DNA from: Octopus sinensis
Lineage: Eukaryota
Length of the DNA stretch: 64,000 nt
Direction: 5' to 3'
Assembly (NCBI RefSeq): GCF_006345805.1
Contig: NC_042999.1
Location: 109,430,001 to 109,494,000 of the forward strand
Shown here: piece by piece, positions 25,204 through 38,281 of the stretch
Layout of the letters: each line of letters starts with the position of its first letter
How positions within the stretch are numbered: the first letter of the stretch is position 1
Made by a program: the position numbers and the translations under genes
The notes under the pieces: model-generated
The model's input: only the letters and a program-made list of their open reading frames with translations
Databases searched by the model: none
What the model was told of the DNA's origin: nothing

Positions 25204-25632
25204 TTATATTTAAGAGATGAGGAATTATGTACATTATTTACATTATTTACAATTGATGGATATTTGTCCTCATCTTGTTTGTTGTTAACACAACATTTTG
25301 GCTGATACACCCTCCAGGTGTCTTGGGGAAATTTCGAACCTGGGTTCTCCTTCCTAAGGTATTTTTTGATGTTGTTATTATTATTATTATATGGTGTAGT
25401 GGTTAAGAGCAACGGGCTACTAACGCCAAGATTCCGAGTTTGATTCCAGGCAGTGACCTGAATAATAATAATAATAACAACATCGAAAAATACCTTAGGA
25501 ATGAGAACCCAGGTTCGAAATTTCCCCAAGACACCTGAAGAAGGCTGGAGGGTATATCAGCTGAAACATTGTGTTAACAACAAACAAGATGAGGACAAAT
25601 ATCCGTTGAATGTAAATAATGTAAATAATGTA
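25204..25632 (+). mobile_element. tRNA-headed element with hammerhead-like body plus head-to-head inverted truncated copy; 14-bp TSD
   Basis: TSD aagctatatttgtt at 25190-25203 and 25633-25646. A-box at 25392-25402, B-box at 25438-25447. Arms 25230-25389 and 25461-25632. Hammerhead-like motif at 25530-25575. Confidence 0.8.
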
Positions 25633-26147
25633 AAGCTATATTTGTTCTTTAAAGTCTGCTGACACTCCTTTTGATATTGATTTCAAATTTTGAAACAAGG
25701 CCAGCAATTTTGGGGGAGTGGGCTAGTCACTTACATTGACTCCAGTACTCAACTGGTACTTATTTTATCAACCTTGAAAGGATGAAAGCAAAGTCAACCT
25801 CAGTGGGATTTGAACCTCAGAATGTAGACAGATGAAATGCCGCTAAGCATTTTGCCCAGCATACTAACAATTCTGCCAGCTTGCCACCTTATCATTCCTT
25901 TTAATATTAACTAGAAAAGTATATCTTTTGTAAAACCATATACCTACAGTACAAAATCCTGTTAGTTTTGTTGTAGCTCTTAATCACATAAAGTCCTATT
26001 CTCCAATCTTTTATACAGAATTAGGCTTAATTTATGGACATAGGCCTCCAATACTCTAAAATTCCTTAAGCCATTACAATTTCAAAATTGGTAATAATTT
26101 ATCTTATACACAACTGCACAAGCATTAAATTTGTTACTATACTGTAA

Positions 26148-26339
26148 CCCTTTAGCATTTAAACCGGACATGTTTTATACTCAAACTAGCCAGATCTGAC
26201 CTCAAACACCTATCCTATTATGTTATTCTAAAAATAAATCCCATCAGTGAAAGCTTGACGCTATGAGATAATACATGGTTAATTCAAAACAATGCGAATA
26301 AATAAGCATTACATTCAGAGTAATCTGAATGCTAAGGGG
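26148..26339. mobile_element. piggyBac-type MITE
   Basis: TIR CCCTTTAGCATT / AATGCTAAGGGG. TTAA on the right and GTAA on the left. Same family as 50769-51064. Confidence 0.75.
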
Positions 26340-29300
26340 TTAAATAACCTCTGCATCATACCATAAAGCCTTTTCCTCTTAATAAAAATTAAACACCCTC
26401 AAAATATATTTCTTCATGACAAACAGCATATTTCCAATATCAATTTTCGCTGTTTTACAATTATTATAACTCTTATAATTCCTAATTATATCTCAGAAAT
26501 ACAAAGCAACTGCTTATTATATGCCTAGAATTTTTACCTTAAACAAGTTCTACTTTAATTATTTAAACATTGGTTTAATTTTTTGTACATAAATACTACC
26601 AGATATTTTAAAATTATTCAACCTTTACTAACATATTTTTATTAAAATTACACATTTTATTCTTTAGTTTCATTAATCTTTCTTTATTGTTTTGACTGAT
26701 TATATATTATTTTACTGAACTATTATCTCAACAGCCCTCTTTTAAATTATACTGAATTCTTTAATATAACTTTTCATTTGCCTGATTTCTATTTTATTTC
26801 TAATGCAAGTTTGTGTATGTATGTCTATGTGTAAGCATACATGTGTGAGTATGATTACATTTGTATGTGTGCATTCTTAAATGTATACATGCATTTATAA
26901 ATATATGTACATATTCATATATTATATTATGTTTGCGTATATTTTCATATTGTTTCCACTTAATTCTTCTATGCGTTTTTGCTATCTAGAGATTTACATG
27001 CTTTGTTTACCATTTCATGTATCTTTATATCTTTGACATTTGTTAAGAAAGTTCAACAATTCCTTTTAATCTACTACCTGAACTACTGATCATCTACTCA
27101 AAATTATTTTGCAATTATAAATTTTTCCTTTTTACGCTTACATAGCTAGCAATGGACACAACTTTCTCTACATACTGCTTTTAATTTAAATAAGGAATTT
27201 ACAGCACAATTCCTCTGTAATCAGACAAGCATTATCATGAATATTTTCTTAAATACAAAATAATTCTTTTTTTATAGTTCAAAAATAGAGAAGTTTTTTA
27301 TTATATTTAAGCTGTATATTTTTTTTGCGAATAATTTTTTTACTTTTACCGTTTGTACTTATTAACAGTTATGTTTATGATTCAGTTTTTTCAAAATTTA
27401 ATTTTTATAAATTGTAAGTTCAATATCTGCAATTCACTTCTACAAACTTCCATGCTTGTTACTCCACATTTTCATGAGTACCCAAGTATATATTTCATTT
27501 TTTAATTATATCCACAATCTCTTATATACAAAATATAGCTATTATATTTTGTTTAACTGTCTTATTTCAAATGAAGCTCTTTGTATCTTAATAAATTAAA
27601 CAAACATTCTAAATTTGTTTAAATTCCTAACATATTTAACCTATATTTAAACTAGTTTATAGAGTCCCTTTTGTCACATTTCCATTTGTGTAAAGATGGA
27701 ATAAGTTCTATTTTTACAAAATATCTATTGCATCTGGTTTTGCTTTTACTTTCATCATTTTTACATTATCTTAAATAGAAGGAGCATTTTTTTCCTCATA
27801 GTTATAAATTCCCATTACTGTTATTTAAATTAAATATTTCATAATAAAGAATATTATTTAAAAATTTTTTGCTTTTCTATAATTATTAATATTCTTCAAA
27901 ATACATTTAAAAAAAAAAAACTTTTGCTTCTTGAATATCTTACTTTGAAAAATTAAAAATATTTTATATACCTTGCGCTAATACAATTTAATTTTGCAAT
28001 GCATTTTTTCTTAATTTTATCTATTTATGTCAGTTATTAAGAAACAGACAGTCATGTTCAAATTTCAAATCTTAGAGACTTTATTTTCAGATTTTTGACT
28101 GTTGGAATAACCAATAAAATTATAGGCGTATATACGAAACACAACTTACACATACACACAAATAGTTCCTTGAATCAATTCTGGTTACATAATTTTATGT
28201 TAGAAAGATGAGTCTGAGAAGTGAGGCACCTTGCTGTTTAGCCATAGGACTGCTCGATCCGGGCTGCATGGCCCTATTATAAAAAGTTTACTTCCCAACG
28301 ACATGGTCCTGGGTTCGATCCTACTGCATGGCACCAAGTTTTTTTGGCTATAACCTCAGGTTGAAAAGCCTTGAGGATGGATTTGGTAGGAAGAAACTGA
28401 AAGAACATCGTGTGTGTATGTGTGTGTGTGTGTGGAATGTATGTACTTGTGTGTGTTACTGTCTTCTTGCTTTGACAATGAGTGAAAGTTCTAAATATGT
28501 CTCCATCATACAAGCAGTGTTCCTTGTTCATATTCTTCCACAAAAATGTCTGATTATGGGGAAATTTTACCTTAATTGGAATCAAGTGGGAGTAGGTGAC
28601 AGGAAGGGCATCTAAGCATTGAAAATCTGCCTCAAGAAAATTCCGTCCAACTTATGTGATCATGGAAAGGGGACATTAAAATGATGATGATGATGATGAT
28701 GATGATGATACATGTATGTATATATATATCTATCTATGTGTGTGTACATGTATATATATATACACATATGCATTAATGTATACACACAAACACACACGCA
28801 CACACACACGTACACACATAAATATATATATATACATATAATATAAAGTTATACATACATGTATACACACATACATTCATACATACATGTATCATAATGT
28901 CCATACTCCTAGGCTTGCATGGGTTGCATAGAATTTATAGAGGCAGATTTTCCATGGCTTGGTACCCTTCCAGTCACCAATCCTCACCCAGTTCCAAGCA
29001 AGGAAATATTTCTTTATGACCAGACATGTTTTTGCAGAATATTGGAACTGAATGACATAACTTTTATGACAGCAACAGTCTTTAACATTCATCACTTGAT
29101 GTCTAGACAAGGAGACACAAAAATACACGCATTCACACACACTAGCATATATAAATATGTATAACATATGTATGTACATATATATATTTGCATGTATATA
29201 TGTTTTTATATATCTACTAGCTGAAGGTGACCCGCTCTACGCGCGGGTAAGAGTGTGGTTGTTACTTTCTGTTGCTTCCTTTCAACATGTAAAAAGCACC

Positions 29301-30356
29301 ATCCGAACGTGGCCGATTGCAGCACCGCCTTGACTGGCTTCTGTGCTGGTGGCACGTAAAAAGCACCAACTGATCGTGGCCGCTGCCAGCCCCCCTGGCA
29401 CCTGTGCTGGCAGCACGAAAAAAGCACCCACTACGCTCACAGAGTGGTTGGCGTTAGGAAGGGCATCCACCTGTAGAAACACTGCCAGATCAGACTGGAG
29501 CCTAGTGCTAGCACGGAAAATGGACGATAAACGATGATGATGATGATGATGATGATGATTCTCCCTCTTTGTTTCTCTCTCCTTTCTCTCTCACTTTCCC
29601 CACTCTCTTACTCTTCCTTTCTCTCGGACTCTCCCTCGCTTTTTCTTACTCTCTATCTTAATCTATCTCTCTCCCATTTATAAACCACAAAAGATCTTGA
29701 GTAAGTTGAGAAATAAAATATTTAGAAAGATCAATCATAAATATCAGGCAGTAACAATGGAAAGGTCTGCTTCAAGGCAGACAGCAAAACACTAACATTT
29801 AAAAGGGACAGACGAACTTGCGAGCTGAATAAAAATAATAAAATATTGGAAACCAAAGTTTGAAGGGATAGAATGTGAGGATAGTAGAGTCACCATGGCT
29901 GGCATTTCTTAATGACGGACAGCAACGTTTTGACAGTTTAACGGCTGGCGTAAAAGTTTGAACTTGATGTAAAAGAAAACCCCTAAACACCAAGTTTTGA
30001 AGTGATTCTTTCTCACGACAGTAGACTCACCATGGCAAGCATTCAAAACTTCTTCATCATGGACCGCAACACATTGACGATTAAAAGGCTGGCGCAAATT
30101 TTTTAGCTTGAATTCCTAAACACCCACTCGTTTAAATTTTAATCCCCTTCCAGCCCCATTTAGACCCTTTTCACATTTTGGTTAATATAACCCGATTTCA
30201 TTTGGTTCTACTGGGGCCACATTTTATAAGATGAGGAATTTTGTCCTAGAGGTCACGCCTTTCATTTGAGGGGAAAAAATAGTTGTTATGCAAACTTGCG
30301 AGCACTTTTAACATAGGTCTGCATATTTTCAGCTCAACCGACCACATAATGCACAC

Positions 30357-30397
<41 letters not shown>

Positions 30398-30405
<8 letters not shown>

Positions 30406-31204
30406 GCGTGTGTGTGTGTGTTGGAGTCTCTCTCATACGTGAGCGTTGACGCTGAATTCGACTGGTAAGCAGGTAACCTTGTCTTTGTTGAAATAGTTGT
30501 GAGCTGCTGGAGTTATTTCTCTGACGGGTAATAGGAATTTCCATATCCTCCGAGGAAATTAACTGTTGACCCAGACAATTAGAATTAATTTTAATAAAAG
30601 CATCAATTTAAGAAAAAATAATAAAGTAGTAAAAAATGAAAATTTAGCACGAAAAATTTGCAGGGTTCTAAATAAATGTTAAAATGTAATAGATACGAAA
30701 AACCTACGTTATCATCAGAACACGAACGCTGGTTGGTGTGTTCTGTTTGTATTTGCTCCGTCGGCGCATTGACAGGCAGGCAATAGAATGCGATTGCGGT
30801 GGCGATGATAATTCTCTCTATGAATGCAGATAGATACATAAAAGAAGGCCGTTTGAGGAAGTGAAAGTAATGGGAATGTATGAAATAGAGTGAGTGAAAA
30901 AGTGCTGGAAGAGAGGAAATAGCGAGAGTGAGTTGAGGAAGACAGATACATTAAAGAACTGGAGTGGACTTGTCAAAGTGGGTTTTTAGCCCTAGCAATG
31001 ACACCTTTTAAGATAGGGATTTCTAAGGTAGCCCACGGGCATCGTCACCTCATTTTACATGTCCCTGTAAATTTTGGAGTCAATCGGACGGGATGTAGTG
31101 GCCTTGAAAGCGATCCAAGCGGTAAAAATGCATTTCAGTTTTATATAGAGAGATATATATGTGTGTGTGTATGTGTGTATCTCTCTCTCTCTCTCTTTCT
31201 CTCT

Positions 31205-31251
<47 letters not shown>

Positions 31252-32203
31252 TATCGTTTGTAGAAAAACACAAATCTGGAGAAGAAGCACACTCTAAGAT
31301 GTAGAGCAGTTAATATTATGATGGGGGAGGCTGGTTTAGGCCTCCCCCATTATTGTATATGTATGTATATATATATATAATATATATATATATATGTATA
31401 TATGCGTGTGTGTGTGTGTTGGAGTCTCTCTCATACGTGAGCGTTGACGCTGAATTCGACTGGTAAGCAGGTAACCTTGTCTTTGTTGAAATAGTTGTGA
31501 GCTGCTGGAGTTATTTCTCTGACGGGTAATAGGAATTTCCATATCCTCCGAGGAAATTAACTGTTGACCCAGACAATTAGAATTAATTTTAATAAAAGCA
31601 TCAATTTAAGAAAAAATAATAAAGTAGTAAAAAATGAAAATTTAGCACGAAAAATTTGCAGGGTTCTAAATAAATGTTAAAATGTAATAGATACGAAAAA
31701 CCTACGTTATCATCAGAACACGAACGCTGGTTGGTGTGTTCTGTTTGTATTTGCTCCGTCGGCGCATTGACAGGCAGGCAATAGAATGCGATTGCGGTGG
31801 CGATGATAATTCTCTCTATGAATGCAGATAGATACATAAAAGAAGGCCGTTTGAGGAAGTGAAAGTAATGGGAATGTATGAAATAGAGTGAGTGAAAAAG
31901 TGCTGGGAAGAGAGGAAATAGCGAGAGTGAGTTGAGGAAGACAGATACATTAAAGAACTGGAGTGGACTTGTCAAAGTGGGTTTTTAGCCCTAGCAATGA
32001 CACCTTTTAAGATAGGGATTTCTAAGGTAGCCCACGGGCATCGTCACCTCATTTTACATGTCCCTGTAAATTTTGGAGTCAATCGGACGGGATGTAGTGG
32101 CCTTGAAAGCGATCCAAGCGGTAAAAATGCATTTCAGTTTTATATAGAGAGATATATATGTGTGTGTGTATGTGTGTATCTCTCTCTCTCTCTCTTTCTC
32201 TCT

Positions 32204-32252
<49 letters not shown>

Positions 32253-32378
32253 TATCGTTTGTAGAAAAACACAAATCTGGAGAAGAAGCACACTCTAAGA
32301 TGTAGAGCAGTTAATATTATGATGGGGGAGGCTGGTTTAGGCCTCCCCCATTATTGTATATGTATGTATATATATATA
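30398..32378. repeat. near-identical ~1-kb tandem duplication (30398-31395, 31396-32378) of a CpG-rich, hairpin-terminated element (Helitron/Helentron-like, tentative)
   Basis: The differences I see between copies are microsatellite lengths and a 1-bp indel (gctggaag vs gctgggaag). Each copy ends in an 11-bp GC stem-loop. Confidence 0.85.
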
Positions 32379-32649
32379 TTTATTTATATATGTATATACA
32401 AACATACATATATATATACACACACATATACACACACATGATGTATGCACTCATACATACATGATAGGCTTCTTCTAGTTTCTATCAACCAAATCCACAA
32501 TCCACTCATGGTTTTGGTCAGATGATGGCTATGCTATAAGACACTTTGCAAAGGTACCATGCAGTGGAATTGAACCTGAATCTTAAAGTTGGGAAGTAAA
32601 CCTTTTAACCATACAGCCATACTTGTGTTACACATGCACACAAACACCG

Positions 32650-32680
<31 letters not shown>

Positions 32681-32705
32681 ACACACACACACACACACAC
32701 ACACA

Positions 32706-33951
32706 TCAGGTCATCCCATAAGTTCTGTCCGATTTTACTTATTTTAAAATTGAATGAAATTTAATAGTATTTTAGAATGTCTAATGGAATTAAAAATTAT
32801 TGTGTACATTTAAACTAATTAAATATTATTTTATGGAATAGTAGAATTAAAATTTCTTTGATTATAACCCTTTCTAACATGGAAGTATCCAAAGAGCATT
32901 TGAGGCACATAATGTTTTATGAGTACAAAAAAGGAAACTCTGCAGCTGAAGTGACTCGAAACATACACTCAGTTTATGGGAAAGAATGCTTGAATGAAAG
33001 AACCTGCAGAAGATGGCTTGCAAAATTCAGAAGTGGAGATTTCAGCCTTGAAGATGAAGATCGAACAGGACATCCAGTTGAGTTTGATTATAAGCTCTTT
33101 GAGGCATTACTTGAAGAAAATCCTGACTTATCAGTTAAATAATTGGCAATAAAGCTTAGTTCAAACCATACAACTGTTCATCGTCATCTTCAACAACTTG
33201 GAAAGCTTCCTAAACTTGGAAAATGGGTGCCTCGTGATTTGTCCAAAAGCAACCACAAATCCCGAGTTGACATCTGCTCTTCTCTCCATTCTCACGAACT
33301 CATTTCACCGTTTTTGGATAGATTTGTGACTGCGAAATATTGTAAACAGTGGCTTGGTAAAAGGGAAAAAGCTCAACCACAACCAAAAAGGGAACTTCAG
33401 GGAAAAAAGGTCTTCTCTCTTTCTGGTGGGATTGTAAAGGGGTAATTCACTTTGAATTGTTACCACCTAATGCAACAATCAATGCTCAAGTCTACTGTCA
33501 GCAATTAGAGCGTTTCAACCAAACTTTGAAGAAAAAAGACCAACTTTAGTGAATTGAAAAGGAGTGATGTTTCATCAGGACAATGCATGACCCCATACTG
33601 CAAAGATTATATCACAGAAGATTGAAGAGTTTGGTTGGGAAAAAAATTCCTCATCCACCTTATTCTCTTGACCTTGCTCCTTCAGACTGCCATTTGTTTT
33701 GTAGTTTACAGAATCATTTGGGGGACATAACTTTTGCAAGCCAGGTGGAGGTCGAAACTGACATTTCAGAGTTCTTCACTTTGAAACTAAAAGAGTTTTA
33801 TATTGATGGGATTAAAAGGTTTGTATATAGATGGAAGGAAGTCATAGATAATCAGGGAAAGTACATTGATGATTAAATTTTAATTAAATATTACATTTGA
33901 TCACTTGTTTTCTTTATTCAAAATTCAGACAGAACTTATGGGATGACCTGA
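32706..33951 (+). mobile_element. full-length defective mariner transposon (1246 bp)
   Basis: 24-bp perfect TIR tcaggtcatcccataagttctgtc. TA on the right and CA on the left. Transposase from ATG 32879 to TAA 33876 with WVPRDL, HQDNA and YSLDLAPSD motifs. It carries a stop at 33140-33142, a deletion removing the GDEKW first catalytic Asp, frameshifts and further stops. Confidence 0.95.
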
Positions 33952-35040
33952 TATATGTATCTCATATATGTGTTTGTGTGTGTTTGTATATATGCATATT
34001 TATACTCTTTGTGAGTCTTCATATTCATTGCACAACACAATGGACAGACTATATTCATGGGTCAGAAACAAAGCTAAACACCACACCGATGATGCATGAG
34101 TCTAATGGCTAAATTCAAATTCTGATTTTAATATCCATAGTAATTACAGTAGCCTTGACTACAGTAAATAGCCAACAATATATGCTAAAATCACTTAGTC
34201 TTGAAGATGAGACTTTGAAGGTCTAGAAGCAATGATAATGGATTTAGAAACTTTATTGTTTCAAACAAACTGAAAGGAAATGATAGTAATATTATGAAAA
34301 AGCCTTGATAAAAGTGATAAAACTGGCACATTGTTGTGTTTTCAATACAGCATGTCTAAAAGAAAAGTTATTCCTCATATATACAAATACACATACATAC
34401 AGGCACACATACATGCACACACACATGTGCACACACACACACATATGAAGAAAGAAAGACAGAGTTGATAGTGCATGTATATGTATGCATGTATGTGCGT
34501 ATGCAAGTGTGAATATGCATACATGTATATATATATATATATGTATGTATGCTAAGAAATAAATGTATATAAATTATAGTTACAAGAAGGTACTGAATGT
34601 ACAACCAGTGTTGGCTCAGTATTGTTTTATTCTCATTTCTACAGGACTTCACTTTAATGTTTGTTTGTGCATGTATTGGTGTGCATATATGTATGTTTGT
34701 GTGTGTGCACATGTGTGTATATGCTTGCATATTCTCATAAACATACATATATGTACTTAAGAGGAATATGAAATCTATATATTCGTTCTCATTTTATTAC
34801 GGATATCTGTTATATACAAATATACTTAGATGTATACATCCATATATATATATATATATATAATATATATATATATGTATATATATATATGTATACATGT
34901 ATATATATATATATACATATATTTATATATGTGTGTATATATAAATGTATACATGTTTATATATGTATATATATATATAGGAATATACATGTATATATTC
35001 ATAAATATATATATATATGTATATGCATATATATAAGTAT

Positions 35041-35095
<55 letters not shown>

Positions 35096-36400
35096 CACAC
35101 TCACATAAATATACATATTTGTGTGCATACATGTTTATATATGTATATATATATATATAGAGTGAAAAAAACTTTTCTATTTTAATACAATTCAATTGTA
35201 TTTTTATAAATGGCATATCTCTGTTTCTTATTTTGTTTTTGTTCTTCATATCACCTCAAATCAACTACATTATGTGAAATTAAATTGTATTTCAAAATGA
35301 TATTACTTTAATATTCATATGTGCGTGTATGTATATGTATATGTACAAGAATATCCATGTGCACAATATGCTCACTCTGATATATATATATATATATAAT
35401 TATATATTTATATATCAGTAGTTATCTGTCTGCATATATTTGATAGTGTGTATGTATAGGGGTGGGGTACACATGTAAGAAGCAAGAGAAAGGAGATAAA
35501 GAGAGAGTGAGAGAGAGCAAGATATGTAGATATATGTATATATATGTTACATATGCAAATACAGAAAGGAAGGGAAAGATAAATAGATAAAGGAAAGTTT
35601 GAATACATTTTCTATCTTGCTGTTACAGCCAGAAAAATTTCATTTCATTTTAAGCAATCTTTTATTTGTTTTGTCTTATCTATTTCAAGACCATTTGCTA
35701 ATACAAAGCATGTCACTTTTGTTTTTCATTCATTATTTATTTATCAATGTAGTTGCTGGGAAATATTAAATAATCACGAGAAGCATATTATACCACTGGC
35801 ATTTCTAGCATTATGCCTCCATGTACAAATCTCTCACTCACTCAGTTGCTCTTTATCTCTCTCCCCCTTCTCTCTCTCTCTCTCTCTCTCATTCTTTCTT
35901 TGTTTCTTCCAGTCGCTATCTCTATCTCTCTCATAATTCTAGAATGCTTCCATGCTATGTAAGAGACAATTCCCTCAAAAGATAAAACTATAGAATTTAA
36001 AAAAAAAAAATTTAAAAAACATTTTTAACAGATGAATCATGGCAGACGTTTTAGCAAGACTGGGTACAAATTTAGATTACTCAATTGAAAAGTTAGGTGG
36101 TTCTTGTCTATACAAACAAAGCAATTCTGTATATTGGCACACAAGCATACGTACTCACATACACAGACACATACACGCATACACAAACACAAACACAGAC
36201 ACACACACATGAACACACACACACACACATACACAAAGAAAATAAATAAATATATAAATATATAAATTAAATAAAATATACATAATATAAATATGCATGC
36301 ATGCATATATATATATATATATATACATATATAAAAATTTATATGTATATATATATATATATACATTTGTATACATATATGTACGTATGTATTTATGTAT

Positions 36401-36435
<35 letters not shown>

Positions 36436-36789
36436 TACGTATGTATTTATATATATGTATATACGTGCTGGAAAAAATGTTTTACAACTATTTATGATCT
36501 GCTGCTGGATGTGCCATGAAAGCAAAGAGACATAGAAGTGAATGTTAACAATAAATTATTATCAATACCAATGATATTTCCATTTTAAAACACATTGCTA
36601 CTATTTTATGTAACTTTTATTTTAACTCTTGCAAATATTCCCATAAAGAAAAACTGTAATTTTTTTTTTTTTTCAGGAAAAACAGGCTCTTCAAATTCTT
36701 AGTATATTTTCAGTACTAAAAGTAGTTATAAAAGCATCATACTTAAGATTAAATTTTTTTTAAAGTTTAGTTCACTTATCATTATCATG

Positions 36790-36834
<45 letters not shown>

Positions 36835-37636
36835 TTTTTTTTTTATTTTTATATATATATTTTCAAAAATAAATGAAGATATCTACATATTTTTATACAA
36901 ATTTTAGATGAATTTCTTCTTAGAGATTCATGATATACTTTTAAAACAATTAAATAATCAAGTATAATTTCGAAATATTTCTAAAATTTTTAATGGGTAT
37001 TATGTCATCGGTGTTAACTTTGAATTCCTTGAGAATTTTTGCCTGTGATGGTGAAGTTATCCATTCAGTTATGTTAAGAATTCCATTTACCACAAGCGAT
37101 ATATTCTTTAATATATTGTTCTGTTAAAGGTTTCAAACATTGGACTGTGGCCTTGCTGGAGCACTCCCTTAAAAGGTTTTAATTAATCATATTTACTCAA
37201 CTATTTATTTTAATCTTGTACTTACTTTTTATCAATCTATAGGCAAAAGCATGGCTGAATGGTTAAGAAGTTTGCTTTCCAAGCATGTGGTCTTGAGTTC
37301 AGTTCCACTTCATAGCACCTTGGGCAAATGTCTTCTACTATAGCTCTGGGTTAACCAAAATCTTATGAGTGGATTTGGTAGATGGAAACTGGAAGAAGCC
37401 TGTCATATATATATCCTTTATATTTTACTGGTTTCAGTCATTTGACTGTGGTCATGCTGGGGTATCTCCTTGGAGGATTTTAGTCATATGAATCAACCCC
37501 AATACCTTTTTCCTTTAAAGCCTGGTACTTACTCTATTGATGTCTTGTACTGAACTGCTAAGTTACAGGGACATAAACACCAACACTGGTTGTCAAGTGT
37601 GGTGGTGGAGAAACACGGCCACAAAGACACACACAC

Positions 37637-37682
<46 letters not shown>

Positions 37683-38044
37683 GATGGGCTTCTTTCAGTT
37701 TTCATCTACCAAATCTACTCACAAGTCTTTAGTCAGCCCAAAGATATAGTAGAAGAAACTTGCCCAATGTACCAATGTACTTGCCCAATACATACAATGT
37801 ATGTATTTCTGTCAGCTGTTCATAAGTCTGTAAAAGAAGCACACTCTAAAAGATGTTTTGAGCAGCAATAAGGTAGCTGGTAGTTATAGCCAGTCAGAAT
37901 GTGGCACATAACATTTTTACTAGTAAAGAGGTTATGGGCTCTTTGCTCTTTATTAGTAAAGAGGTTATGTACCACTGGTCAGCAGGTCTGGTGAGCCACA
38001 TATATTGCTAAGAACAATAATAAAACATGAAACCAATGGTAACT

Positions 38045-38281
38045 TTCTTATTTCTTTATTGCTTACAAGGGGCTAAACATAGAGGGGATAAACAAGGACA
38101 GTCAAAGGGATTAAGCCGATTACATCGACCCCAGTGCGTAACTGGTACTTAATTTATCGACCCCGAAAGGATGAAAGGCAAAGTCGACCTCGGCGGAATT
38201 TGAACTCAGAACGTAACAGCAGACGAAATACAGCTAAGCATTTCGGCCGGTGCGCTAACATTTCTGCCAGTTTGCCACCTT
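38045..38281 (-). mobile_element. SINE family A, full length, 10-bp TSD
   Basis: TSD aatggtaact at 38035-38044 and 38282-38291. Confidence 0.9.

Noticed and set aside
25392-25460. tRNA gene (ACT in the anticodon loop)
   Set aside because: No proper acceptor stem, decayed boxes, and embedded in a TSD-flanked repeat. It is treated as a SINE-type head.
36950-37125. Minus-strand frame NNILKNISLVVNGILNITEWITSP...
   Set aside because: The apparent acceptor is the 3' end of a SINE, and there is no convincing donor.
37921-37969. 16-bp direct repeat tagtaaagaggttatg around a 17-bp spacer
   Set aside because: A small local slippage or template-switch scar with only two copies.
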